From Clostridia bacterium (lineage in GTDB: Bacteria; Bacillota; Clostridia; Christensenellales; CAG-138), in NCBI GenBank assembly GCA_017394835.1, contig JAFPXD010000029.1, positions 25,281 to 89,280 of the forward strand: 64,000 nt of DNA, written 5' to 3'. The notes beneath the pieces were generated by a model, which saw only the letters and a list, made by a program, of their open reading frames with translations, made no database searches and was not told the origin of the DNA. The translations under genes and the position numbers were made by a program. This document shows positions 47,938 through 56,894 of the stretch, one piece after another; the stretch's first letter is position 1; the number at the start of each line of letters is the position of its first letter.

Positions 47938-48615
47938 ATGAGTACACAGCTTAAAGACATCGCAGAAGAAATGCACCAGAAATCCATGGCCGCAAGGGAT
48001 TGGGTATTCCAGGTCATCCGTACTGCCATTATCCGCGGCGTGCTCCCCGGCGGTATGCCCCTTCGTCAGGATGAGATCTCCGCGCAGCTCTCGGTCAGTC
48101 ATATCCCCGTGAGGGAAGCGTTCCGTCAGCTCGATGCGCAGGGCCTTGTAAGGATCTACCCCAACCGCGGCGCCGTCGTAACAAAGCTCACCAAGGAAGA
48201 GCTTGAAAACGCTATGGATACCCGCATAATCCTCGAGCTCGGCGCTATCCGCGCGGCGGTCCCCCGCATGACCGATGAGTGCATCGAGAAGGCCGAATCC
48301 ATCCTTGCTCAGATGCAGGAAGAGGATGATCCCAACAAGCTTGAAGATCTCAACCTCCAGCTCCACTTCGCCCTCTATGAGCCCGCGCAGAATCCCTATA
48401 TGCTCCAGCTCATCGAGCAGCTCCATGCCAATGTCGATAGGTACATCCGTCCCTATTACACCCCCTCCGAGGCGTATGCCCAGAGCATTGGCGAGCATCG
48501 CAACCTGATCGAGGCCTGCCGCAATAAGGATGTTGAGTTCGCCTGCGCGATCCTGCGCACCCACCTTGAGAAGACCAAGGTGCTCTCGCTCAATTCCCCC
48601 CTGCTCGCTGTCTGA
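47938..48615 (+). CDS. GntR family transcriptional regulator with an FCD (FadR-type) C-terminal domain
   Basis: The winged HTH reads LRQDEISAQLSVSHIPVREAFRQLDAQGLV. It is followed by a helical FCD-like domain with His residues (LNLQLHFALY, HRNLIEA). GTG at 47926 is an alternative start. Confidence 0.82.
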   Translation: MSTQLKDIAEEMHQKSMAARDWVFQVIRTAIIRGVLPGGMPLRQDEISAQLSVSHIPVREAFRQLDAQGLVRIYPNRGAVVTKLTKEELENAMDTRIILELGAIRAAVPRMTDECIEKAESILAQMQEEDDPNKLEDLNLQLHFALYEPAQNPYMLQLIEQLHANVDRYIRPYYTPSEAYAQSIGEHRNLIEACRNKDVEFACAILRTHLEKTKVLSLNSPLLAV

Positions 48616-48630
48616 TTTTGACCGAACTGA

Positions 48631-48659
48631 AAGCCCCGCGGATCTCCACGGGGCTTTTG
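48631..48659 (+). terminator. intrinsic terminator after the GntR gene
   Basis: AAGCCCCG-N10-CGGGGCTT is followed by TT. Confidence 0.7.
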
Positions 48660-48682
48660 ACGTAGCCCGCAAAACGGATCAT

Positions 48683-48712
48683 AAAAAAGCCGGGAAGATC
48701 GCCCTTCCCGGC
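48683..48712 (-). terminator. intrinsic terminator after the DUF4349-like gene
   Basis: GCCGGGAAG / CTTCCCGGC forms the stem, preceded on the plus strand by AAAAAA, which is a U-tract on the minus strand. Confidence 0.75.
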
Positions 48713-48732
48713 TCGGTTTCGTTTCAGTGAAA

Positions 48733-49707
48733 TTACGCTTCCTTTTTCTCTTCGGGCTTTGCGGCGGTCTTGTCGATCACGCTCCGGTGCTTCTTCATCC
48801 TTCTCTTCTTGCTGCCGCGGATGCAGAGTATAACAATGAGCGCGATGAGCCCCAGCACGAGCAGCGCGCACAGTATGGAGGGGGAATCGCCTATGAGCCA
48901 CACCGCGAATGCGCGGAGCGAATCGGTAACGGAGGAGAAGCTTTCCTTAAACCTGCGGGAAACCTCCGTTCCGAAGCTTTCCTCGGTGACGGGGGTGATC
49001 TCCTCCACCTCGCTTACGTTAAGATGCACGGTGCTCATTGCGGTGAGGTTATCGTAATTCCTCTGCTTCGCCTCATAGGATTCGATCTCGTAGCGGATGC
49101 CGGTCAAACGATCCTGCAGCTTTATTATGTCATCGAGTGATTCCGCCTTTTCGAGCAGTGAGATGAGCGTATCGTATTCGGTGCGAAGGGAAAGGAGCCT
49201 TGCTTCAACGTCTGTATAGGCGTCGGTCACGTCGTCCGCATTTTCGGTGCGCCAGGTAACGTTGCCGAGGCCGTTCACCTCGTTGAGGAAGCCGTCGAGC
49301 TTTTCGGCGGGGATGCGCAGGGTCATATCCGCATAGCGGAGGCTCCCGCCGCGGAAGCCGCTAGCACGGATGTCGTTGGACTGGACGTAGCCGCCCAGCT
49401 CCGCCGTTCTTGCAAGAACGGTCGAAACGAACGCGTCGAATTCAAGGGTCTCCACGTTGAGCTCGGCGTTCCTTATGACCTTGCGTCCCGTGAACGCGGC
49501 GCTCGGCAGGTTTTCGGCTTCGGGAGAGTCGGGGTTCACGTTCCCCGAAAAGCTTTCCTTGTTGTTAAGATCCGCGGCGGCTCCGTGCCCGCCGGGGATG
49601 GAAGCTTCATGAGGTTCGGAAGACTTCGCACAGCCCGCGAACACGAGCGCGGCGGCCAGTACGAAAACCAGAAGTATGGCGGAGATCCTTTTCATTTTAC
49701 GATCCAT
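48733..49707 (-). CDS. DUF4349-like lipoprotein with a C-terminal TM anchor
   Basis: The signal peptide and lipobox read MKRISAILLVFVLAAALVFAGC. The central domain is coiled-coil-like. The C-terminal TM segment (ILCALLVLGLIALIVILCI) is followed by a basic tail. The start could be 49707 or 49695. Confidence 0.65.
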   Translation of the reverse strand: MDRKMKRISAILLVFVLAAALVFAGCAKSSEPHEASIPGGHGAAADLNNKESFSGNVNPDSPEAENLPSAAFTGRKVIRNAELNVETLEFDAFVSTVLARTAELGGYVQSNDIRASGFRGGSLRYADMTLRIPAEKLDGFLNEVNGLGNVTWRTENADDVTDAYTDVEARLLSLRTEYDTLISLLEKAESLDDIIKLQDRLTGIRYEIESYEAKQRNYDNLTAMSTVHLNVSEVEEITPVTEESFGTEVSRRFKESFSSVTDSLRAFAVWLIGDSPSILCALLVLGLIALIVILCIRGSKKRRMKKHRSVIDKTAAKPEEKKEA

Positions 49708-49843
49708 TGCCCCGAATGGGGCTTCCTTTCCGGGCGTTTGAGCCCAAAACTTTTCAATGCTTCCCGCATGGGGGAGACCCATGCCGATCCGCATTACGTT
49801 TATATAACGCACGAGAGGAGCCAAAGGTTGCGATTTCGGGCGA

Positions 49844-51580
49844 TCATTTCAAAAGAAGGGAGATCCTTCCGTCGATGAACGCGGTGACTTCATTCGAAAG
49901 CGCTTCGGCTTCCTCCGCAGAGCCCGCCGAAACGCCCACGTAGAATTTGAGCTTGGGCTCCGTGCCGCTGGGGCGCACTACCGCCCACGCCCCGTTTTCG
50001 AGCCTGTAACGGAGCGCGTTCGCCTTGGGAAGCCCGGTGGGGGAGACCGCGCCGGAAGCGGTATCGAGGGAGCTCTGCTGCGCGTGATCCTCATAGACGG
50101 TCACGCGGCTGCCCGCGATCGCATCCATGGGCTCCTCGCGAAGCATCCTCATGGCGGCGGCGATCTTTTCCATGCCCTCCTTGCCGGAAAGGGAATAGCT
50201 CTTGACGGTCTCAACGTAATGACCGTATTCGGCGTCGAGCTCCGAAAGCACGTCGTAAAGCGTCTTGCCGCGGCTCATGTAATAGGCGGCGGCGTCACAG
50301 ACGAGCATCGAGGCGCAGACGGCGTCCTTATCACGGGAGTAGCTTCCCGCAAGGCAGCCGTAGCTTTCTTCAAAACCGAACAGGAACTCGTATTCGTGAG
50401 TCCTCTCGCAGTGCTCTATCCATTCCGATATGAAGCGGAAGCCCGTCAGAACGTCCTTGTGGGCGACGCCGTATTTTTCACAGATGGCGTCGGCCAAGGT
50501 CGTTGAAACGAAGCTCTTTACAACGAGTCCGTTCGCGGGAAGACGGCCCTCTTCCGCGAGGGAGGAGAGTATGTAATGCGTGAGCAGCGCGCCCGTGCGG
50601 TTGCCGGTGAGCTGCATGAATTCGCCGCCGGGCTTCCTCACGACGACGCCCAGCCTGTCCGAATCGGGATCGGTCGCGAAGATGAGATCCGCTCCGACCT
50701 TATCCGCAAGCGCCTTGGCAAGAGTGAAAGCATTGGGGTCTTCGGGGTTGGGCGCCTTCACGGTCGGGAAATCGCCGTCGGGAGCTTCCTGCTCGGGCAC
50801 GATATGGATATTGGTCACGCCAACGCGCTTCAGTATCTCGGTGACGGGAACGCAGCCGCTGCCGTGGAGCGGGGTATAGACGGCGTTCAGCTTATGGCCG
50901 TTTTCCCTGAGGTTTTCGGGGTGAATGAGCAGGGAAGCGGTGCATTTGTAATACTCCTCATCGACTTCGTTGCCTATCATGGTCAAGAGCCCGCTCGAAA
51001 GCGCGCGCTCATAGGGCATGGGCTCTGCGGTGAAATAATCGAAGCGGCGGATGCATTCCAGTATCTTGTTCGCTCTTTCGGGCGCACACTGGCCGCCGTC
51101 CTCCCAATAGACCTTATAGCCGTTGTATTCCGGGGGATTGTGGCTCGCCGTGATCACAACGCCGGCAATGCAGTTAAGATGCCGCACCGTGAACGAAAGC
51201 TGCGGGACGGATCGGAGCGAGGTGTAAAGATAACACTTGACGCCGCTTGCGCAGAGGGTCAGCGCCGTTTCCATCGCAAACAGATCGGAGCGCCTGCGCG
51301 AATCATAAGCTATCGCAACGCCCCGCTTCGCGCCCTCGGTGCCGCAGGTCTCGATTATCATTTCGGCAAGCCCGCGTGAGGCGCGCCGCACGACGTAACT
51401 GTTCATGCGGTTGGTGCCCGCGCCGATGATCCCGCGCAGGCCCGCGGTGCCGAATTCGAGCTCGGTGTAGAAAGCTTCTTCACGCGATCTGTCGTCGGTG
51501 AGGAGCGCCATGTCCTCAGCAAGGAAGGGATCTTCCTTGCCCTTTTCGAGCCAGCGGGAATATTCGTTCTGCCAATCCAT
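49844..51580 (-). CDS. phosphoglucomutase / phosphomannomutase (alpha-D-phosphohexomutase family)
   Basis: The start is re-picked at MDWQNEY (RBS GGAGG). The active-site loop TASHNPPEYNGYK and the metal loop FATDPDSDR are present. Confidence 0.9.
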   Translation of the reverse strand: MDWQNEYSRWLEKGKEDPFLAEDMALLTDDRSREEAFYTELEFGTAGLRGIIGAGTNRMNSYVVRRASRGLAEMIIETCGTEGAKRGVAIAYDSRRRSDLFAMETALTLCASGVKCYLYTSLRSVPQLSFTVRHLNCIAGVVITASHNPPEYNGYKVYWEDGGQCAPERANKILECIRRFDYFTAEPMPYERALSSGLLTMIGNEVDEEYYKCTASLLIHPENLRENGHKLNAVYTPLHGSGCVPVTEILKRVGVTNIHIVPEQEAPDGDFPTVKAPNPEDPNAFTLAKALADKVGADLIFATDPDSDRLGVVVRKPGGEFMQLTGNRTGALLTHYILSSLAEEGRLPANGLVVKSFVSTTLADAICEKYGVAHKDVLTGFRFISEWIEHCERTHEYEFLFGFEESYGCLAGSYSRDKDAVCASMLVCDAAAYYMSRGKTLYDVLSELDAEYGHYVETVKSYSLSGKEGMEKIAAAMRMLREEPMDAIAGSRVTVYEDHAQQSSLDTASGAVSPTGLPKANALRYRLENGAWAVVRPSGTEPKLKFYVGVSAGSAEEAEALSNEVTAFIDGRISLLLK

Positions 51581-51617
51581 ATTCAAATGCCTCCGCAAGT
51601 ATATTTTCTCTGATATT

Positions 51618-51645
51618 ATTATAGCTCAAATTATATAAAATGCAA
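51618..51645 (-). promoter_or_regulatory. sigma-A-type promoter of the phosphoglucomutase gene (TTGCAT-16-TATAAT on the minus strand)
   Basis: The reverse complement reads TTGCAT (51640-51645), a 16-nt spacer, then TATAAT (51618-51623). Confidence 0.65.
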
Positions 51646-51650
51646 GCGCG

Positions 51651-51680
51651 AATAAATAAGGAGACGCAAAAGCGTCTCCT
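51651..51680 (-). terminator. intrinsic terminator after asnS
   Basis: AGGAGACGC-AAAA-GCGTCTCCT is followed on the minus strand by TTATTTATT. Confidence 0.75.
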
Positions 51681-51710
51681 CGATCGGATTCGGTTTTAAG
51701 CGGGCGCCCC

Positions 51711-53093
51711 TTACAGCTCCATGCTGCCCGTGGTGCGGGGGAAGGGGAGAACGTCCCTGATGTTCTGCATGCCGGTGATATACATGAGGATCCTCTCGAA
51801 GCCCATGCCGAAGCCCGCGTGCTTGACTCCGCCGTACTTGCGCAGATCGAGATACCATTCGTAATAGCGCATATCCATGCCGAGGTCTTCGATCTTCTTG
51901 CGGAGCACGTCGTAACGCTCCTCACGCTGGCTGCCGCCTATGATCTCGCCCACGCCGGGAACGAGCAGATCCGCCGCCGCGACGGTCTTGCCGTCGTCGT
52001 TCAGGCGCATGTAGAAGCTCTTTATCTCCGCGGGGTAATCGGTCACGAACACGGGGCAGTTATAGACCTCTTCGCAAAGGTAGCGCTCATGCTCGGTCTG
52101 CAGATCGCAGCCCCAATACACGGGGTACTGGAATTCGCGGCCGCAGCTTTCGAGTATCTCTACCGCCTTGGTATAGGGCAGACGCACGAAATCGGAATTT
52201 GCCACCCTGTTCAGCCTTTCCAGAAGGCCCTTATCCATGAAGTTGTTGAAGAAGGCCATTTCGTCCGGGCAGCGCTCGAGCACGGTCTTTATGATGAACT
52301 TTATCATCTCCTCGGCAATGTCCATGTAGCCGTTAAGATCGCAGAACGCCATTTCGGGCTCCATCTGCCAGAACTCCGCCGCGTGGCGCGCGGTGTTGGA
52401 CTTTTCGGCGCGGAAGGTGGGGCCGAAGGTATAAATATCGCGGAAGGCCATTGCGAAAGCTTCGCCGTGGAGCTGGCCCGAAACGGTGAGGTTCGCGGGG
52501 ATGCCGAAGAAATCCTTGCTGTAATCGACCTTGCCTTCCTTATCCTTGGGCAGATCGTTCATATCGAGGCTCGTCACGCGGAACATTTCGCCCGCGCCCT
52601 CGCAGTCGCTCCCCGTGAATATGGGGGTGTGGACGTAGAGGAAGCCCCTCTCGTCGAAGAAGCGGTGGATCGCCATGGCGATGACGTGACGCACGCGGAA
52701 CACGGCCTGGAAGGTGTTTGCCTTGGGCCTCAAATGCTGGATGGTGCGCAGATACTCGAGCGTATGCCTCTTCTTCTGAAGGGGATAATCCTGCGGGCAG
52801 TCGCCTTCGATAACGATCTCGTTCGCCCTGATCTCAAAGGCCTGCTTCGCTTCGGGAGTCAAAACGAGCTCACCGCGAACGGTGACGGCCGCGCCCGTGG
52901 TAAGGCGCTTCACGGTATCCTGCGGGATGGCGCCGTTCTCGTAAACGATCTGCACGCTGCGGAAGGCGGAACCGTCCGAAAGCTCAACGAAACCGACGGA
53001 CTTGGACTCACGGGAGGTCTTTACCCAACCCGAAACCTCGATGGCGCCCGCGAACTTTTCGGGAGCCTTGTGCAATTCATAAAGTCTGACCAT
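51711..53093 (-). CDS. asnS: asparagine--tRNA ligase
   Basis: The start is re-picked at MVRLYELHK (RBS GAGGGGA). [21 protein letters not shown] and the class II motif 3 (GFGMGFERI) are present. Confidence 0.92.
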   Translation of the reverse strand: MVRLYELHKAPEKFAGAIEVSGWVKTSRESKSVGFVELSDGSAFRSVQIVYENGAIPQDTVKRLTTGAAVTVRGELVLTPEAKQAFEIRANEIVIEGDCPQDYPLQKKRHTLEYLRTIQHLRPKANTFQAVFRVRHVIAMAIHRFFDERGFLYVHTPIFTGSDCEGAGEMFRVTSLDMNDLPKDKEGKVDYSKDFFGIPANLTVSGQLHGEAFAMAFRDIYTFGPTFRAEKSNTARHAAEFWQMEPEMAFCDLNGYMDIAEEMIKFIIKTVLERCPDEMAFFNNFMDKGLLERLNRVANSDFVRLPYTKAVEILESCGREFQYPVYWGCDLQTEHERYLCEEVYNCPVFVTDYPAEIKSFYMRLNDDGKTVAAADLLVPGVGEIIGGSQREERYDVLRKKIEDLGMDMRYYEWYLDLRKYGGVKHAGFGMGFERILMYITGMQNIRDVLPFPRTTGSMEL

Positions 53094-53191
53094 GATATTC
53101 CCCTCGTCAATAAGGATATAATTGCCTGTAATTCTAACACAGGAAGCCCGAAAAGGCAACAGGAAACTGAAAAATATAAAATCCCGGACGC

Positions 53192-53216
53192 AAAAAAAGG
53201 AGCGGGCGCCCGCTCC
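53192..53216 (-). terminator. intrinsic terminator after the PHP-domain gene
   Basis: GGAGCGGGCGCCCGCTCC is an 18-nt palindromic hairpin preceded on the plus strand by AAAAAAA. Confidence 0.8.
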
Positions 53217-53232
53217 TCAAAGCCTCTGCGGC

Positions 53233-53949
53233 TCATTCCCTTTTTGCGTTCACCACAGAGCTCCACACTCCCGCTTCGGTCACGGCAGCGGAGGCGAGCT
53301 CGAAATCGCCAACCCTTTGGGGAGTATGCGCGTCCGAGCCTATTATGAGCCCGCAGCCCAGGCGGGCGACCGTCTTGAGCTCCTCGCAGCTCATAGTCAC
53401 CCTTGCGGAGTTGACCTCCATCAGTATGCCCATCTGGCGGCAGCATTCCGCCATATAGGGGATGTCAACCTTCAGATACAGGCCGGGGTGGGAGATTATG
53501 TTCGCCCTGCAGGAATACGCCGCGGCAAGTATGCCTTCCGCGTTCCTGTGCGGATCGTTCTTTATCCCGAGCAGGCTCTCGCCCCAGATCGAAAGCGCGT
53601 GTTTATTGAAGGGAGGGACGGATTTGTGGTAGCCGAGGATTATAACGTCGTAATCCCCGCGGTTTTCGGGGCAGTCGGACTTGCCGAAATCCATCACGTT
53701 GAGCTCCAGTCCGCGGAGGACCTCTATCCTGCCGGCAAACTCATCCTTCAAAGCGGCGAGCTCGGCATTGAGCTTTTCGAGCTTTTTCCCGCGGACGCCG
53801 AAAGAAAAATGCCCCGGCCCGTGCTCCGAAACGGCGACCTTTTCAAGGCCGCGCCCGATCGCCGCGAGAACGTTTTCCCGCGGGGAGCCCTTGCCGTGGC
53901 TGTAATAAGTATGGGTGTGCAGATCTTCGAATATTCTGTATCCGCTCAT
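53233..53949 (-). CDS. PHP domain-containing phosphoesterase
   Basis: 238 aa. DLHTHTYYSHG at the N-terminus, plus the later EH, H and GSDAH motifs, match the PHP metal ligands. Confidence 0.8.
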   Translation of the reverse strand: MSGYRIFEDLHTHTYYSHGKGSPRENVLAAIGRGLEKVAVSEHGPGHFSFGVRGKKLEKLNAELAALKDEFAGRIEVLRGLELNVMDFGKSDCPENRGDYDVIILGYHKSVPPFNKHALSIWGESLLGIKNDPHRNAEGILAAAYSCRANIISHPGLYLKVDIPYMAECCRQMGILMEVNSARVTMSCEELKTVARLGCGLIIGSDAHTPQRVGDFELASAAVTEAGVWSSVVNAKRE

Positions 53950-54776
53950 TTGCTGTCATTATCCATGGAGCCGGAAAAGCTCATTTCACTGTCGAGCCTC
54001 TTGCGCCTGCCTATAACTATCATGAGCGATTCGAGCAGCGCGTTCGTGGAAGTGCCCGTTTCATAACCGCAGGTGCGGAAGAGATCGTCCTGCCGGGAAG
54101 TGTAGAAGAAATAATCCGCATAGGCTTCCCCGGAGGAATTGGCAAGATTGGTGATGAACGCGGTGACGGCGCCTGCCTGCTTGGCCGTGCGGAGGGCGGC
54201 AAGGGTCTTTACGGTCCTGCCCGTTTTGGAAACGAACACCGCAACGACTTCGGTATCGAGGCTTGCCGCATAGGTCTCCATTATATCCCTGTTAAGGATA
54301 ACAACGGAATCCAAGCCCATCTTACAGAGCGCATCGGAAACCGCGTTGCACAGGCCGAGGCACGCGCCCGCGCCGAACCACACTATGCGCTTCTTTTCGA
54401 GCATCGTGTTGGCAAGCTCGGCAAGCTTTTCGGCGTCGAGCACCTTGAGGGTCGATTCGATGGCGTTCATGTGCCCGATCATAAGCTTCCTTATGAGCTC
54501 GCTGTCCGTATCATCGGGGGAAATAGGCGCGCTGCCTTCCTTCTTAACGGCGGAGCTGCCGCTTGCCAAAGAAACGCGGAAATCCATGAACCCGCTGTAC
54601 CCGAGCTTCCTTGCGAGCCTCGTTACGGAAGGCACGCTTACTCCCGCGTGATGGGCTATTTCGTTGATCACCATGTGAGCCGCATCATCGGGATTGGCCA
54701 AAATGAAATCCGCTACCTTCCTTTCTGCGGGAGGCAGAGTGGTATAGACGGAACTCAGTTTCATTCTTGCAGGCAT
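53946..54776 (-). CDS. MurR/RpiR family transcriptional regulator (HTH + SIS domain)
   Basis: The start is re-picked at MPARMKLSSVYTTLPPAERKVADFIL. The HTH reads INEIAHHAGVSVPSVTRLARKLG. The SIS segment reads IVWFGAGACLG. The stop overlaps the PHP gene ATG. Confidence 0.85.
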   Translation of the reverse strand: MPARMKLSSVYTTLPPAERKVADFILANPDDAAHMVINEIAHHAGVSVPSVTRLARKLGYSGFMDFRVSLASGSSAVKKEGSAPISPDDTDSELIRKLMIGHMNAIESTLKVLDAEKLAELANTMLEKKRIVWFGAGACLGLCNAVSDALCKMGLDSVVILNRDIMETYAASLDTEVVAVFVSKTGRTVKTLAALRTAKQAGAVTAFITNLANSSGEAYADYFFYTSRQDDLFRTCGYETGTSTNALLESLMIVIGRRKRLDSEMSFSGSMDNDSK

Positions 54777-55025
54777 TTTTGTTCCCCCCAACGTATATTG
54801 ATCAAAAAAATCAAAGAGTTGTATATACTTTAGCATAAGGGAAGAGGGATTTCAACAAGAAAAACAGAAAAAAACCCCTAAATCCAAAGACTTTTGGAAG
54901 TTGTTCATAATTTTGACGCAATTTTGGCGGCGGTTTTATGCGGAAAGCGCCCGCTTGTTCCGAAAGGAGCCTTCGAACGGGGGCTCACTGCCGCCCTGCG
55001 GCGCTGATGAAAAGGAGGAAAAACC

Positions 55026-56021
55026 ATGTCGGAAGCGGTCTCTGCGGTAATAAGACCCGATTTTGTATCAATGCTCGAAATAGGGGGCTGCTGGCTGCGC
55101 GCCTCCCCGGAAGAGCCCGCCGTTATCCCGGTAATAGGCGGCGAGCTCGTTTTCACGGTATGGCGGACCGAATGCGCAAGGGGCTTTTCGCCAATGCCCG
55201 CGCTCTGCCGCGCGGTCATAAAAAACGGCGTTCTTGCGGAAAGCAGCGCGCCCGCTGTCGATTGGGGCGGCGTGATAGAGCTCATGCCGCGGACGGCCCT
55301 TATTGAAACGGAGCGCCCCGTGCGGCAGGTGTTGGACAGCGCCCGCTTCCGTATGGGGGAAAGGACCGCGCGCGCCGAGCTCGTCCTTGACGGGGGAGTT
55401 CGTCTGGAGCTTCTGCGCGATGGGGCGGCGCCCCTTTCGTTCGGCCTTGGGAGCGGGAACCGCGGCAGCCTGCGCGTGATCGACTTCGGCTTCGCTCGCT
55501 GTCTTGCCGCGCATATCTTCCGCGACGGCGGCGAAGGGCTCGCGATAGTTTCTCCGGAAGGCGCGCTCGTTCTCAATGCGGAAGGGGAGAGGGCGGACGT
55601 GGTGGACGGAGTGCCCACGCGGATCGAAAGCCTCGGCACAAAGCGTGGGCACGAGCTCCGTACAAGATGGGAAACGCTCGGCGGCGTATTCGTTCCCAAG
55701 GAGGATCCCCCCGGTTTTTATACCCATGAGCCATTCCCGCTTGAGGGCGAGGCGGAAAAGGCCGCCGCACTTTTCGAGGAGACGGCGCTGGGGCGTGACG
55801 TTTCGGAACTCATGACGGGATCGCTCGCAGAGGCGGCGGGGGAGGGCGGCCTGCGCGATTATGCGGGGGAGTTTTCCCGGGTGCTCCTTTTTCCGCTGGA
55901 GGAGCCGCCGGGAGCCGTTACGGTCGGCCTCGTGCGGAAGGAGGAAGGCGCGGTAACAAGACCGGACCGCTTCCGGGTGAGCTTTTCGGGCGGCCTTGCG
56001 GACGACGTTGCGGAGCTTTGA
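55026..56021 (+). CDS. hypothetical protein, 331 aa, no recognisable motif
   Basis: A near-ideal RBS (AAAAGGAGGAAAAACC) precedes the ATG. Codon style (ATA-Ile, CTT/CTC-Leu, GCG-Ala) matches neighbouring genes. There is no signal peptide or TM segment. It is rich in Ala, Gly, Arg and Glu. Confidence 0.6.
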   Translation: MSEAVSAVIRPDFVSMLEIGGCWLRASPEEPAVIPVIGGELVFTVWRTECARGFSPMPALCRAVIKNGVLAESSAPAVDWGGVIELMPRTALIETERPVRQVLDSARFRMGERTARAELVLDGGVRLELLRDGAAPLSFGLGSGNRGSLRVIDFGFARCLAAHIFRDGGEGLAIVSPEGALVLNAEGERADVVDGVPTRIESLGTKRGHELRTRWETLGGVFVPKEDPPGFYTHEPFPLEGEAEKAAALFEETALGRDVSELMTGSLAEAAGEGGLRDYAGEFSRVLLFPLEEPPGAVTVGLVRKEEGAVTRPDRFRVSFSGGLADDVAEL

Positions 56022-56036
56022 TGCGGTAAGCTGTTT

Positions 56037-56053
56037 CTAAACAAAAGGTTTAG
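56037..56053. promoter_or_regulatory. inverted repeat CTAAAC-aaaag-GTTTAG; distal copy of the GTTTAG motif
   Basis: The 6-bp arms are perfect. The right arm continues as GTTTAGTATTGCT, which matches GTTTAGCATTGCT at 56299-56311 at 12 of 13 positions. Confidence 0.45.
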
Positions 56054-56235
56054 TATTGCTTTCAGTGCGGGAGAAGGGCGGGCCTTTTCCCGCGCCCGCT
56101 CAAATGATGCAAAAAACCTTATATTATCTGCAAAAAACGCCGTTCCAATACCGCTGTTTCCCATGCTTCACGGCGTCCTTTTGCGCGGTTTCGCACAGCA
56201 CGGCTCAAAAAGTTCATATATAATACCGAAAAATA

Positions 56236-56264
56236 TTGACATGCGGGACAAAAAGTGGTTTAAT
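56236..56264 (+). promoter_or_regulatory. sigma-A-type promoter of the XRE-cupin regulator / pot operon (TTGACA-17-TTTAAT)
   Basis: TTGACA lies at 56236-56241 and TTTAAT at 56259-56264. Confidence 0.6.
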
Positions 56265-56276
56265 CACCTTGCGGCG

Positions 56277-56311
56277 GTTTAGTGTTTATAAACTTTGAGT
56301 TTAGCATTGCT
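56277..56311. promoter_or_regulatory. candidate operator cluster: GTTTAG-tg-TTTATAAAC-tttga-GTTTAGCATTGCT, including the 10-bp palindrome GTTTATAAAC
   Basis: The cluster lies between the -10 element and the RBS of the HTH-cupin gene. The palindrome is at 56284-56293. GTTTAG copies lie at 56277 and 56299. Confidence 0.5.
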
Positions 56312-56328
56312 GCCAAAGGAGGCGACGC

Positions 56329-56874
56329 ATGAATACCGATATCGGCGGAAGGATCAAGAGGCGCAGGCAGAAGCTGGGCTTGACTCAGGAGGAGCTTGCG
56401 GCAAGGACGGAGCTTTCAAAGGGCTTTATAAGCCAGCTTGAGCGCGATCTGACCTCTCCCTCGATAGCGACCCTCATGGATATCCTTGAGGCGCTCGGTA
56501 CGAACGTTGCCGATTTTTTTGCCGCGAATGAGGATGAAAAGGTCGTGTTCACTCCGGACGATATGTTCGTCAGCGAGGATGCGGAGCTTGATTCCTCCGT
56601 TTGCTGGCTCGTTCCCAACGCGCAGAAAAACGCGCTGGAGCCCATACTCGTCACGATACAGGCGGGCGGCTCCACCTATCCCGACGATCCCCATGAGGGG
56701 GAGGAGTTCGGGTACGTCCTTTCCGGCAGCGTAAGCCTCGTTCTGGGGCTTCGCCGCTTCAAGCTTCGCAAGGGCGACAGCTTCTGCTTCAAGCCGGCGG
56801 AGGAGCATTATCTCATCAATACGTCCTCTCGCGAGGCAAGGGTCATCTGGGTGGCGACTCCGCCGTCCTTCTAA
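56329..56874 (+). CDS. XRE-family HTH + cupin domain transcriptional regulator (PuuR-like architecture)
   Basis: The N-terminal HTH reads [32 protein letters not shown]. The C-terminal cupin region reads [14 protein letters not shown]...GDSFCFKP. Confidence 0.85.
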   Translation: MNTDIGGRIKRRRQKLGLTQEELAARTELSKGFISQLERDLTSPSIATLMDILEALGTNVADFFAANEDEKVVFTPDDMFVSEDAELDSSVCWLVPNAQKNALEPILVTIQAGGSTYPDDPHEGEEFGYVLSGSVSLVLGLRRFKLRKGDSFCFKPAEEHYLINTSSREARVIWVATPPSF

Positions 56875-56894
56875 TCACAATGTGGGGGAACAAT

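Noticed and set aside
54938-55306. A 122-aa plus-strand ORF overlapping the start of the hypothetical gene, plus minus-strand ORFs at 54905-55699 and 55068-55727.
   Set aside because: They have no RBS and Arg/Ala/Pro-rich nonsense-like translations. The 55026 frame has a near-ideal RBS and native codon usage.
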